Assembly: GCA_036266055.1 (NCBI GenBank)
Contig: DATANW010000222.1
Span: forward strand, 536 to 64,535
Reading direction: 5' to 3'
Length of the DNA stretch: 64,000 nt
Source: Pyrinomonadaceae bacterium
Lineage (GTDB): Bacteria > Acidobacteriota > Blastocatellia > Pyrinomonadales > Pyrinomonadaceae
Part shown: one piece after another, positions 37,233 through 46,400 of the stretch
How positions within the stretch are numbered: position 1 is the stretch's first letter
How the letters are laid out: each line of letters opens with the position of its first letter
Made by a program: the position numbers and the translations under genes
Notes under the pieces: model-generated
Told to the model about the DNA's origin: nothing
Databases searched by the model: none
The model's input: only the letters and a program-made list of their open reading frames with translations

Positions 37233-38828
37233 ATGATTAATTTTCAAACATCACCCAACGAGTATAAACACTGGAAGCTCGATATTGCAGGCTCGGTGGC
37301 CACGTTATCTATGGACGTCGCGGAGGACGAGACGCTCGCGGAAGGCTACAAGCTCAAGCTCAATTCCTACGATCTGGGCGTCGACATCGAGCTGGCCGAT
37401 GCCATTCAGCGCTTGCGCTTCGAGCATCCGGAAGTCGCGGTCGTCGTGATCACCAGTCTCAAACCGCGCATTTTCTGCGCCGGCGCGAACATCTACATGC
37501 TCGGCTCGTCGTCGCACGCGTTCAAAGTCAACTTCTGCAAGTTCACGAATGAAACGCGGTGCGCGATTGAAGATGACTCCAAACATTCGGGTCGTCGGTA
37601 CCTCGCCGCACTCAACGGAACTGCTTCCGGCGGCGGTTACGAGCTGGCAATCGCCTGCGATGAGATTTACCTGGTTGACGACGGCAACTCGGCGGTTTCG
37701 CTGCCTGAAGTGCCCCTGTTGGGTGTTTTGCCGGGAACGGGTGGACTCACGCGTCTCGTCGATAAACGGAAAGTCCGGCGCGATCGAGCGGACGTGTTTT
37801 CCACGCTCGCTGAAGGTTTGAAAGGAAAACGCGCTAAGGAGTGGGGTCTGGTCGACGGCTACTTTCCGACGAGCAAGTTTGACGAATCGATCAGAGCACG
37901 TGTCGCAGAGCTCGCCTCGCAGAAGACTGCTTCAGGACCCGGCATCAAGCTCAATCCGTTGGGCGATTACAAGTACATCAAATTAGAACTCAAGCGGGAT
38001 CAGCGCTACGCGGATCTGACAGTGCTTGGCCCCGAAGGCCCGCAGCCCACTACTGCCGAAGAGATTGTGTCACTCGGCGATGCTTACTGGCCGTTGCAAG
38101 CGTATCGCGAGCTCGACGCCGCGCTGCTTAACTTGCGGGTCAACGAGCCCGAGATCGGATTGGTATGTGTGCGCACGCAAGGTTCGATCGAATCCGTGTT
38201 GGAGATCGATGAGACGTTGGTAGCAAACCGGGATCATTGGCTCGTGCATGAGATCATCCTGCACATGGCGCGCGTGCTGCGCCGGCTCGATCTTACGGCC
38301 AAGAGTTTCTTCGCGATCGTCGAACCGGGAAGTTGTTTCGCTGGAAATCTGCTGGAGCTGCTGTTGGCTTCCGATCGCAGTTACATGTTGATGGATTCCG
38401 ACGCCGCGCTCGCCGTTTCCGAATTGAACGCGGGCGCGTTGCCGATGAGCAACGGCTTGACGCGTCTTCAATCGCGCTTTCTCGCTGAACCGGAACGACT
38501 CGACGACGTGTTTGGGGAGAACAAAACGTTCGACACGGAAAAGGCCGAAGAGATCGGTCTCATCACCTTCGCCCCCGACGATCTCGATTGGGAAGACGAG
38601 ATTCGCGTCGCTATCGAAGAGCGCACCTCGTTATCGCCCGACGCGCTGACCGGAATGGAAGCGTCGCTGCGGTTTGCCGGACCAGAGACGATGGACACGA
38701 AGATCTACGGGCGTCTGACGGCGTGGCAAAACTGGATCTTCCAACGTCCGAACGCCGTTGGACCAGAAGGCGCGCTGACGAATTACGGTAAGCCGACGCA
38801 GGCTCATTTTGACTTTAAACGTACATAA
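37233..38828 (+). CDS. boxC: Benzoyl-CoA-dihydrodiol lyase / 2,3-epoxybenzoyl-CoA dihydrolase BoxC (crotonase superfamily)
   Basis: YKHWKL...ATLSMDV..EGYKLKLNSYDLGVDIELADAIQRLRFEHPEV...KVNFCKFTNETR..GGGYELAIACDEI..LPEVPLLGVLPGTGGLTRL matches my recollection of BoxC. 531 aa and adjacent to boxB. Confidence 0.85.
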   Translation: MINFQTSPNEYKHWKLDIAGSVATLSMDVAEDETLAEGYKLKLNSYDLGVDIELADAIQRLRFEHPEVAVVVITSLKPRIFCAGANIYMLGSSSHAFKVNFCKFTNETRCAIEDDSKHSGRRYLAALNGTASGGGYELAIACDEIYLVDDGNSAVSLPEVPLLGVLPGTGGLTRLVDKRKVRRDRADVFSTLAEGLKGKRAKEWGLVDGYFPTSKFDESIRARVAELASQKTASGPGIKLNPLGDYKYIKLELKRDQRYADLTVLGPEGPQPTTAEEIVSLGDAYWPLQAYRELDAALLNLRVNEPEIGLVCVRTQGSIESVLEIDETLVANRDHWLVHEIILHMARVLRRLDLTAKSFFAIVEPGSCFAGNLLELLLASDRSYMLMDSDAALAVSELNAGALPMSNGLTRLQSRFLAEPERLDDVFGENKTFDTEKAEEIGLITFAPDDLDWEDEIRVAIEERTSLSPDALTGMEASLRFAGPETMDTKIYGRLTAWQNWIFQRPNAVGPEGALTNYGKPTQAHFDFKRT

Positions 38829-38951
38829 CCACAAAAGGCACAAAAGACACAGAAGGCACAATAGATTTGAAGGAGCCAACGATTGAAAAGAGGAGCCAAC
38901 CCATTTCTAAAAAACATTTGTGCCTCTTGTGTCTTTTGTGCCTTTTGTGTC
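38829..38951. repeat. Family-A long inverted repeat between boxC and boxB
   Basis: Arms at 38830-38861 and 38917-38948 are complementary at about 30 of 32 positions. The 55-nt centre carries AGGAGCCAAC twice. Confidence 0.85.
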
Positions 38952-38978
38952 TAAAGCTGAGTAACGAATTATCGACCT

Positions 38979-40376
38979 ATGAACCTTTACGATCGCATTC
39001 CTAACAACGTGAATCTCTCTGAAGACAAAAAACTTCAGCGAGCGCTCGAAAAATGGCTGCCAAACTATCTCGACTGGTGGCGCGAGATGGGACCCGAAGG
39101 ATTTCAGGAGAAAGACGTCTGGCTGCGCACCGCGATCGACGTCGGCTCCGAAGGCTGGGCTCATTTCGATTACGTGAAGATGCCCGATTATCGCTGGGGC
39201 ATCTTTCTCGAACCCGCGCAACCTGACGCTGTCGTCGGTTTCGGCGACAACTACGGACGGCCCGCGTACCAGGAAGTTCCCGGCGAGTTTCGCAACGCTC
39301 TCAGGCGCATCATCGTCACGCAAGGCGACACCGAACCCGCGTCAGTCGAACAACAGCGACAGCTCGGCAAGACCTGCCCGTCTCTTTACGACTTGCGAAA
39401 TCTGTTTCAAGTGAATGTCGAAGAGGGCCGTCATCTGTGGGCCATGGTCTATCTGCTGCACGGCTATTTCGGACGCGACGGCCGCGACGAAGCCGACGAT
39501 CTCTTGGCACGTCGAAGTGGCAACGCCGACAAGCCGCGCATTCTCGAAGCATTCAATCAACCATGTGACGACTGGCTCAACTTCTTCGCGTTCACGATGT
39601 TCACCGATCGCGACGGCAAGTACCAACTTTCAGCGCTCGCCGAATCGGGCTTCGAACCACTCGCACGCACGTGCCGCTTCATGCTGACCGAAGAGGCGCA
39701 TCACATGTTTGTCGGCGACACCGGTCTCGGCCGTGTGGTCCGTCGCACCGCGCAGTTGATGAAAGAGGGCGACGTGCGCGAGCTCGGCGGCATCCCGCTC
39801 GAGATCATTCAGAAGTACATCAACTTCTGGTTCAGCTATTCGCTCGATCTCTTCGGCGGCGAGATCAGTTCCAACTCCGCGGACTTCTTCGCGGCGGGTT
39901 TGAAAGGCCGTTACAAGGAGCAGGACCAGTACACCGAGCACACGGCGGCGAACGAGATCTTCACCATGACCGTTGTCGAAGACGGCCAACTGAAGACACG
40001 CGAGGTGCCCCTGCGCAACGCGCTGAACGAAGTGCTGCGCACGGAATATGTGAAAGATTGCGAGAAGGGGTTGGCGCGCTGGAACAAAGTGCTGGTCGAC
40101 GAAGGCCGTAGTGAACGGCTCTTCCTGCCGCATCCGCGTTTTCATCGTCACGTCGGCGAGTTCGCCGGTCATTCGTTCGACATCGAAGGCAATCTGATTT
40201 CCCGGGACGAGTTTGAGCGGCGGAAAGCTGAGTGGCTGCCAACGATCGAAGACCGCGAATACGTTCGCAGCCTGATGCATCCGGTTTACGAGATCGGGAA
40301 GATCGCCAACTGGATCGCGCCTCCGGCCGCGGGTATCAAGGGCAAGCCGTTCGACTTTGAGTATGTGAGGCTTTAA
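38979..40376 (+). CDS. boxB: Benzoyl-CoA 2,3-epoxidase subunit B (di-iron oxygenase) BoxB
   Basis: N-terminus YDRIPNNVNLSEDKKLQRALEKWLPNYLDWW..MGP and the EEGRHLW / EEAHHMF di-iron motifs. 465 aa. Confidence 0.9.
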   Translation: MNLYDRIPNNVNLSEDKKLQRALEKWLPNYLDWWREMGPEGFQEKDVWLRTAIDVGSEGWAHFDYVKMPDYRWGIFLEPAQPDAVVGFGDNYGRPAYQEVPGEFRNALRRIIVTQGDTEPASVEQQRQLGKTCPSLYDLRNLFQVNVEEGRHLWAMVYLLHGYFGRDGRDEADDLLARRSGNADKPRILEAFNQPCDDWLNFFAFTMFTDRDGKYQLSALAESGFEPLARTCRFMLTEEAHHMFVGDTGLGRVVRRTAQLMKEGDVRELGGIPLEIIQKYINFWFSYSLDLFGGEISSNSADFFAAGLKGRYKEQDQYTEHTAANEIFTMTVVEDGQLKTREVPLRNALNEVLRTEYVKDCEKGLARWNKVLVDEGRSERLFLPHPRFHRHVGEFAGHSFDIEGNLISRDEFERRKAEWLPTIEDREYVRSLMHPVYEIGKIANWIAPPAAGIKGKPFDFEYVRL

Positions 40377-40385
40377 GAGATGGGT

Positions 40386-40503
40386 TCCCGCAAAGGCGTC
40401 AAGACGCAAAGACGGAAAGGCACGGAGGTAGCACTCCTTTCGGTGTCTTCAGGCTTTTTCTTCGCCGCTTCCTGCCCCTTTGCGCCTTTGCGCCTTTGCG
40501 GGA
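40386..40503. repeat. Family-B inverted repeat (TCCCGCAAAGGCG ... CGCCTTTGCGGGA) with tandem CCTTTGCG units
   Basis: Perfect 13-nt outer arms at 40386-98 and 40491-503. CCTTTGCG occurs three times in tandem (40476-40500). There is an inner partially paired segment. Confidence 0.75.
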
Positions 40504-40520
40504 GACTCCTAACGTAACCA

Positions 40521-41177
40521 ATGCAGGCTTCGCGTCACGATCAAAAACTCGAATTCATCCTCCGAACGGCGGCGCGCATCTTCGCCGAGAAGAGTTATCA
40601 CTCGACGTCGATGCGCGACATCTCACGCGCGACGAACGTGAGTCTTGCCGGGCTGTATCACTACTGCCGCTCGAAAGAAGAGTTGCTGTTTTTGATCCAG
40701 GACAACTGTTTCGGACGCGTGCTCGAACGGCTCGAACAACAGCTTCAGGAGGTCGACGAGCCGGTAGTGAAGCTGCGCATCTTCATCGAGAACCACCTTT
40801 CGTTCTTCGCGGCGAACATGGCCGAGATGAAGGTCCTCTCGCACGAAGCCGAATCGTTGCGCGGCGATCTGCACGCGCATGTTTCTACGCGCAAAGACAA
40901 CTACACGAAGCTGGCGCGTCGCATACTTCAGGAAGTGCAGGAGTTGACCAACAACAGCTCGGTTGATCTCACGGTCGCGACCTACGCGTTGTTTGGAATG
41001 ATGAACTGGATCTATAACTGGTACGACCCGCAAGGTAAACTCGGCGTGCACGAGCTGGCGCAACATCTGACGCAACTGTTTCTCGGCGGGTTCTCACCGG
41101 GGCTGCTGTTGGAGCCGGTGAGCACGACGATGCGGATCGACAATCTAAGTGTTTGGAGCCACGGTTTTCAACGATGA
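40521..41177 (+). CDS. TetR/AcrR-family transcriptional regulator
   Basis: HTH segment SMRDISRATNVSLAGLYHYCRSKEELL. 218 aa. Confidence 0.85.
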   Translation: MQASRHDQKLEFILRTAARIFAEKSYHSTSMRDISRATNVSLAGLYHYCRSKEELLFLIQDNCFGRVLERLEQQLQEVDEPVVKLRIFIENHLSFFAANMAEMKVLSHEAESLRGDLHAHVSTRKDNYTKLARRILQEVQELTNNSSVDLTVATYALFGMMNWIYNWYDPQGKLGVHELAQHLTQLFLGGFSPGLLLEPVSTTMRIDNLSVWSHGFQR

Positions 41178-41962
41178 AAGTTGAATATAAGACTCTCGAC
41201 GGCGTTGCGGTTCTGACGTTGAACGACCCGCCGGCGAACACCTACAGCTACGAGATGATGCAGGAGTTGGACGCGTGCATTTTGAAAGCGCGCATGGATG
41301 AGAGCGTGCAGGTAATCGTCATCACGGGCGCCGGTGAAAAGTTTTTCTGCGCGGGCGCCGACATCCAGATGCTTTCCGACGTCACGCCTGTTTTCAAGTA
41401 CTACTTCTGCCTCCACGCCAACGAAACGCTTTCCCGATTGGAACAGACACCGAAACTCGTCATCGCTGCCATTCAGGGACACTGCGTCGGCGGTGGTTTG
41501 GAAGTCGCAATGGCCGCTGACATTCGCATCGCGCGCAAGGGCGCGGGCAAAATGGGACTCCCGGAAGTTTCGCTTGGCGTGTTGCCGGGAACGGGCGGGA
41601 CGCAGCGGCTCGTGCGGATCGTCGGCAAGTCGAAAGCGATCGAGTTGATGGCGATGGGCCAACTGTTCGACTTCGAACGCGGATTGGAGCTTGGTCTCGT
41701 GAATCAATTATTTGAAAGTGAATCGGCGGAGCAATTCGCCCGCCTGGTCCATGACTACGCGCTCCAGTTCACCACGCCGAACAAAGCGGCGCTGGCGGTT
41801 GGCAGAATCAAGCGCGGAGTGCAGACTGGCGACGAGATTCCGCTCGAATATGGTCTGGCACTCGAGCGTGAGTTGCAGCAACAACTCTTCCAATCGGAAG
41901 ATGCTCGCGAAGGCCTCGCGGCGTACGTCGAGAAGCGCAAGCCGCAGTTTAAAGGTCGATAA
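41174..41962 (+). CDS. Enoyl-CoA hydratase/isomerase family protein
   Basis: ITGAGEKFFCAGADI and GHCVGGGLEVAMAAD crotonase motifs. ATG 41174 overlaps the tetR stop (ATGA). Confidence 0.85.
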   Translation: MKVEYKTLDGVAVLTLNDPPANTYSYEMMQELDACILKARMDESVQVIVITGAGEKFFCAGADIQMLSDVTPVFKYYFCLHANETLSRLEQTPKLVIAAIQGHCVGGGLEVAMAADIRIARKGAGKMGLPEVSLGVLPGTGGTQRLVRIVGKSKAIELMAMGQLFDFERGLELGLVNQLFESESAEQFARLVHDYALQFTTPNKAALAVGRIKRGVQTGDEIPLEYGLALERELQQQLFQSEDAREGLAAYVEKRKPQFKGR

Positions 41963-42751
41963 ATGTACGAACACATTCTCGTCTCTGAAGCAAACTGCAT
42001 CACGACGATCACTCTGAATCGTCCTGACAAGCTGAACTCGTTCATCGGGCACATGCGCCGCGACCTCGCCGAGGCGCTCGAGCACGCAGGCAGCGATCGC
42101 AATGCTCGCGTCGTGATCATCACCGGCGCCGGACGTGCTTTCTGTGCCGGCGGCGACATCGCGTTCATGGCGGAGTTGATGGAACGTCGCGACACGGACG
42201 AGTTTGAACGCATCCTCGGCGCCGGCCAACGCGTGATCAGCGCGATTCGAACGATGAGCAAGCCCGTGATCGCCGCCGTGAATGGTCCCGCGGCGGGCGC
42301 CGGGTTCAATCTCGCACTCGCTTGCGATCTGCGCGTCGCGTCGAACAACGCGACGTTTAGCCAGTCGTTTGTGAAAGTCGGACTGCATCCTGATTGGGGC
42401 GGCACGTATTTTCTGCCGCGGCTTGTAAGTCCTAACAAAGCGTGCGAGTTGTTCTTTCTCGGCGAGACGATCGACGCCGCCGAAGCGCTGCGGTTGAACA
42501 TCGTGAACCAGGTGGTCGCAGCCGAAGAGTTGGAAGCCGCAACGGTAGCGCTGGCAGAACGGCTATGTGCCGCGCCGCCGATCGCGCTTGCGGCGTTGAA
42601 GCAGGCGGTGTACATGAGCGACAGATCGGATCTCGACGAAATGCTGCGTTACGAAACCGAGGCGCAAGTGCGTTGTTTCGAATCCGAAGACGGGCATGAA
42701 GGCATACGCGCGTTTTTCGAGAAGCGCGACCCGCGGTTTACGGGCCACTAA
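41963..42751 (+). CDS. Enoyl-CoA hydratase/isomerase family protein
   Basis: ITGAGRAFCAGGDI and NGPAAGAGFNLALACD motifs. Starts 1 nt after the previous stop. Confidence 0.85.
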   Translation: MYEHILVSEANCITTITLNRPDKLNSFIGHMRRDLAEALEHAGSDRNARVVIITGAGRAFCAGGDIAFMAELMERRDTDEFERILGAGQRVISAIRTMSKPVIAAVNGPAAGAGFNLALACDLRVASNNATFSQSFVKVGLHPDWGGTYFLPRLVSPNKACELFFLGETIDAAEALRLNIVNQVVAAEELEAATVALAERLCAAPPIALAALKQAVYMSDRSDLDEMLRYETEAQVRCFESEDGHEGIRAFFEKRDPRFTGH

Positions 42752-42755
42752 AATC

Positions 42756-43520
42756 ATGCTGAACGGAAAAATTGCGCTTATCACAGGCGGTGGTCGCGGC
42801 ATTGGCCGCGCCATTGCTCTCGCTTTCGCACGTGAGGGCGCGCGAATCGCCGTCGCTGCGCGCACGGCTGAACAGGTCGAACAGGTTGCGTCTGAGATCG
42901 GTAACGGCGCTATTGCTCTCGTGTGCGACGTCTCCAAATCGGAATCTGTGACGCAGATGTTTACGCAAACACGCGAACGGCTCGGCGACGTAGACATTCT
43001 CGTAAACAACGCCGGCATAGCCGAAAGCGCGACGCTCGTCACGACGTCCGACGACTTGTGGGCTCGTCATCTCGCGATCAACCTTTCGGGCACGTTCTAT
43101 TGCACGCGCGCCGCTCTGCCCGCGATGCTTGAAACACGGTGGGGACGCGTTATCAACGTCGCGTCGATCGCGGGCAAAACAGGCGCGCCGTACATCGCTG
43201 CGTATTCAGCGTCGAAACATGGCGTGATGGGATTGACGCGTTCGGTCGCGCTGGAGGTCGCCGCGAGTGGTATCACGGTCAACGCGATCTGTCCGGGTTA
43301 TGTCGACACGGACATGGTCACGCGCGGAGTCGAGCGGGTAGTAACCCGAACCGGGCGCTCGGCCGATGAAGCACTCGAAGCGATCAAGAAAATGAGTCCG
43401 CAGAATCGGTTGGCGACTGCTGAAGAAGTCGCGGCGGTCGCGTTGTTGCTTGCTTCAGAAGAGGGTCGCGGGATCAACGGGCAAGGGATCAATATTGACG
43501 GCGGCTCAGTGTTTTATTAA
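42756..43520 (+). CDS. SDR-family 3-hydroxyacyl-CoA dehydrogenase / 3-oxoacyl reductase-like
   Basis: TGGGRGIGRAIA, NNAG and YSASKHG motifs. Start moved to MLNGKIALITGG. Confidence 0.8.
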   Translation: MLNGKIALITGGGRGIGRAIALAFAREGARIAVAARTAEQVEQVASEIGNGAIALVCDVSKSESVTQMFTQTRERLGDVDILVNNAGIAESATLVTTSDDLWARHLAINLSGTFYCTRAALPAMLETRWGRVINVASIAGKTGAPYIAAYSASKHGVMGLTRSVALEVAASGITVNAICPGYVDTDMVTRGVERVVTRTGRSADEALEAIKKMSPQNRLATAEEVAAVALLLASEEGRGINGQGINIDGGSVFY

Positions 43521-44105
43521 TTCGTATACCAACCGGATCGGCAAACCCACGATATTGAAATAATCGCCCTCGATCTCTTCGATGAAGAGACCGGCTGCGC
43601 CTTGTATGCCGTAAGCACCAGCCTTGCCACGCGCTTCGCCGGTCGAGATATACCACTCGATCTCCCGCTCGCTCATCTCAGCAAATCGCACGCGTGTGGT
43701 TTCATACTCGACGCGCGATTCACCGCCCACGCGCACGACCGCTACGCCCGTCAACACTTCATGCCACTTGGCATTCAACAACTTCAGCATCCGATTCGCA
43801 TCAGCGTCGTCAACCGGTTGGCCCAGGATCTGATCGTCGACGACGACTGTCGTGTCGGCACCCAGGACCAACCCATGTTCAAGCTGCAGCGCCACCGCCT
43901 CCGCTTTCGCTAACGCGAGTCGCTGCACGTACCTGGCTGGATCCTCACCGGGCCTAACAGACTCGTCAATGCCTGCCGTAATCGCCTCAAACTCCCAGCC
44001 GACGGCCGTCAACAACTCTTTCCGACGCGGGCTTCCGGACGCGAGTATCAGTTTTTCACACAGTTGATTTGCCATACTTGCGACTGGCAAGTTTGCGTGT
44101 TTCAA
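43506..44105 (-). CDS. maf: Maf-family nucleoside triphosphate pyrophosphatase
   Basis: LILASGSPRRKELL and GKAGAYGIQG motifs. An alternative start Met lies at 44075. Confidence 0.85.
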   Translation of the reverse strand: MKHANLPVASMANQLCEKLILASGSPRRKELLTAVGWEFEAITAGIDESVRPGEDPARYVQRLALAKAEAVALQLEHGLVLGADTTVVVDDQILGQPVDDADANRMLKLLNAKWHEVLTGVAVVRVGGESRVEYETTRVRFAEMSEREIEWYISTGEARGKAGAYGIQGAAGLFIEEIEGDYFNIVGLPIRLVYELIKH

Positions 44106-44123
44106 TCCCAGATCGCAACAACG

Positions 44124-44423
44124 ATGGAGGCATTAATCAAAGCACTGCCCGCAGTCTTACGTGCTTCCGGCAACGCGCCGGAAGTGGCGGAAGCGGCGGC
44201 CATCGCGGCGTGGAGGCACTGCGCCGGCGAAGGTCTCAGGAACCGCGCCGTCGCGTTCGCGTTGCAAGACCGCACGTTGCAGGTCGCAGTCGCGGATTTA
44301 ATTTGGCAAAAGCAACTGACCGCCATGCGCGCTCAAATGCTCTACAAGATCAACGCGCTGTTGGGGCAGCCCGTCGTCGGCGCTCTCGAATTCGTTATCG
44401 ATCCGGAGAGGTTATGCCCATAG
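44124..44423 (+). CDS. DUF721 (DciA-like) protein
   Basis: About 100 aa. AIAAWRHCAGEGLRNRAVAFALQDRTLQVAVADLIWQKQLTAMRAQMLYKIN fits the DUF721 pattern. Start set at MEALIK. Confidence 0.6.
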   Translation: MEALIKALPAVLRASGNAPEVAEAAAIAAWRHCAGEGLRNRAVAFALQDRTLQVAVADLIWQKQLTAMRAQMLYKINALLGQPVVGALEFVIDPERLCP

Positions 44424-44710
44424 AAGAGAAAGACATCGCGAAAGTCGCCCAGCTCGCGCATCTCGAGCTGGACGACGAAGAGCTCAAGGTCTTTGGGTCG
44501 CAAATGGCCGAGATCATCACTTACGTCGAGCAACTCAACCAGCTCGACACTGCAAACGTGCCGCCTGCGCTCGGCGGCCTGACGCCTGAAGGCGAACGAA
44601 CCGACTCCGCGCGCGACGACGAGATCGTCCCGTCGTTGGGCCAAAAGACGGCGCTTGCGGAAGCGCCCGATCCGGCGGCAGGCCATTTTCGCGTGCCCAA
44701 GGTGCTCTAA
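44414..44710 (+). CDS. gatC: Glu/Asp-tRNA amidotransferase subunit C
   Basis: MPIEEKDIAKVAQLAHLELDDEELKVFGSQMAEIITYVEQLNQLDT. GGAGAG RBS. Embedded in the longer track ORF 44069..44710. Confidence 0.85.
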   Translation: MPIEEKDIAKVAQLAHLELDDEELKVFGSQMAEIITYVEQLNQLDTANVPPALGGLTPEGERTDSARDDEIVPSLGQKTALAEAPDPAAGHFRVPKVL

Positions 44711-44716
44711 TTACTC

Positions 44717-46111
44717 ATGCCGGTCAAAACAGTAGAACAATCAATCATCGCCGCAGAAAAACTCAATGAAACACTGAATGCGTTTCTCGAGATTGATCGC
44801 GAGGGCGCGCTCCAACGCGCCGCGGCCGCCGAGAACAGCGATGGCCCACTCGCCGGCGTGCCCATCGCCGTTAAAGACAACATCTGCGTACTCGGGCTGC
44901 AAGCCTCCTGCGGCTCGCGCATCCTCGGCGACTACCATCCGCCTTACAACGCGACCGTCATCGAACGTCTTACGCAAGCGGGCGCCGTCGTCATCGGCAA
45001 AACCAACTGCGACGAGTTCGCGATGGGTTCGTCGAACGAAAACTCCGCGTTTGGACCAGTGCGCAATCCCTGGGACACGACGCGTGTGCCCGGCGGTTCT
45101 TCGGGTGGATCGGCAGCAGCCGTCGCGGCGGGAATCGTTCCTGTGGCACTCGGTTCAGACACCGGCGGATCTGTTCGTCAACCCGCGTCGCTGGTTGGCG
45201 TCGTCGGCTTGAAACCGACCTACGGACGCAACTCGCGCTACGGTCTCGTCGCGTTCGCATCGTCGTTGGACCAGGTTGGAATCTTCGCGCGCAAAGTCGA
45301 AGACGTGGCGCGCGTGCTCGGCGTGATCGCCGGACGAGACAGTCATGATGCGACAACCGCCGACGTTCCCGTCCCCGACTACGTCGCTTCGCTCACTGGC
45401 GACGTGAAAGGTGCTCGACTCGGATTTCCGCGAGCATTGTTTGGCGAAGGACTTGACGAGGAAGTCGGAAGCGCCGTTAAAACCGTCGTCGATGTCTATC
45501 GAGATCTCGGCGCCGAGATTGTCGACGTCGATCTGCCGCACGCGAAGTATGCCATTGCCGTTTACTACATCATCGCGACCGCGGAAGCCTCTGCAAATCT
45601 TGCGCGTTTCGACGGCGTTCGCTACGGCTTTCGGGCGGAAGACACGCCGGAGCTGCGGCAGATGTATCGACGCACGCGCGCGCAGGGTTTCGGCGCGGAG
45701 GTTAAGCGACGCATTATGCTCGGCACCTACGTCCTCTCCGCCGGTTACTACGACGCTTACTATCTCAAAGCGCAAAAAGTGCGCACGCTGGTCAAGAACG
45801 ATTTCCTCAACGCGTTCGAAAACTGCGACGCGATCATCACGCCGACCGCCCCGTCGACTGCTTTCGCGATCGGCGAAAAGGTGGACGATCCACTCGCGAT
45901 GTACTTGAACGATATCTACACGGTGACTGCGAACCTGGCGGGAGTGCCGGGCATCAGCGTGCCCTGCGGACTTTCATCGGAGAGACTGCCGATCGGATTT
46001 CAATTGCTGGGACCGTACTGGTCGGAACCGACGCTGTTCAGGTTGGCCCATGCCTACGCCGAAGCGCGGCCGTTTACCGAGCGTCCGCCGGTTTTTGCGC
46101 CATCGGCGTGA
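44717..46111 (+). CDS. gatA: Glu/Asp-tRNA amidotransferase subunit A
   Basis: Amidase signature [14 protein letters not shown] and PIAVKDN. 464 aa. Follows gatC. Confidence 0.95.
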   Translation: MPVKTVEQSIIAAEKLNETLNAFLEIDREGALQRAAAAENSDGPLAGVPIAVKDNICVLGLQASCGSRILGDYHPPYNATVIERLTQAGAVVIGKTNCDEFAMGSSNENSAFGPVRNPWDTTRVPGGSSGGSAAAVAAGIVPVALGSDTGGSVRQPASLVGVVGLKPTYGRNSRYGLVAFASSLDQVGIFARKVEDVARVLGVIAGRDSHDATTADVPVPDYVASLTGDVKGARLGFPRALFGEGLDEEVGSAVKTVVDVYRDLGAEIVDVDLPHAKYAIAVYYIIATAEASANLARFDGVRYGFRAEDTPELRQMYRRTRAQGFGAEVKRRIMLGTYVLSAGYYDAYYLKAQKVRTLVKNDFLNAFENCDAIITPTAPSTAFAIGEKVDDPLAMYLNDIYTVTANLAGVPGISVPCGLSSERLPIGFQLLGPYWSEPTLFRLAHAYAEARPFTERPPVFAPSA

Positions 46112-46364
46112 CCGCTCGTTTCTTACGATCAGCTTTGTCAGGGATGAGGTCGCCGGTGAAGATCTCGAGTACATTCTTGCAGGTACCAACAACCGGAGTC
46201 ACATCCAGTCCAACGTGGACCGCACCGGGTATCAGGCCCTTCCTCCGGATCTCGTAACCGGCCAGTCCGAAAGCAAAGACGGTCCCGACGATGGGAATCG
46301 GTTTAATAAGGCGTTTCGCGACGCCCCATCCACCGGCCCTCATGATTCTGCGTTTCATACTCAT
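46074..46364 (-). CDS. Hypothetical small protein (weak call)
   Basis: Reverse-strand [42 protein letters not shown]... with plausible third-position bias. It overlaps the gatA 3' end by 38 nt. No family recognised. Confidence 0.3.
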   Translation of the reverse strand: MSMKRRIMRAGGWGVAKRLIKPIPIVGTVFAFGLAGYEIRRKGLIPGAVHVGLDVTPVVGTCKNVLEIFTGDLIPDKADRKKRAVTPMAQKPADAR

Positions 46365-46400
46365 ACGTCGTAAATTCCCTGACAATGTTAGCATAGCGCG

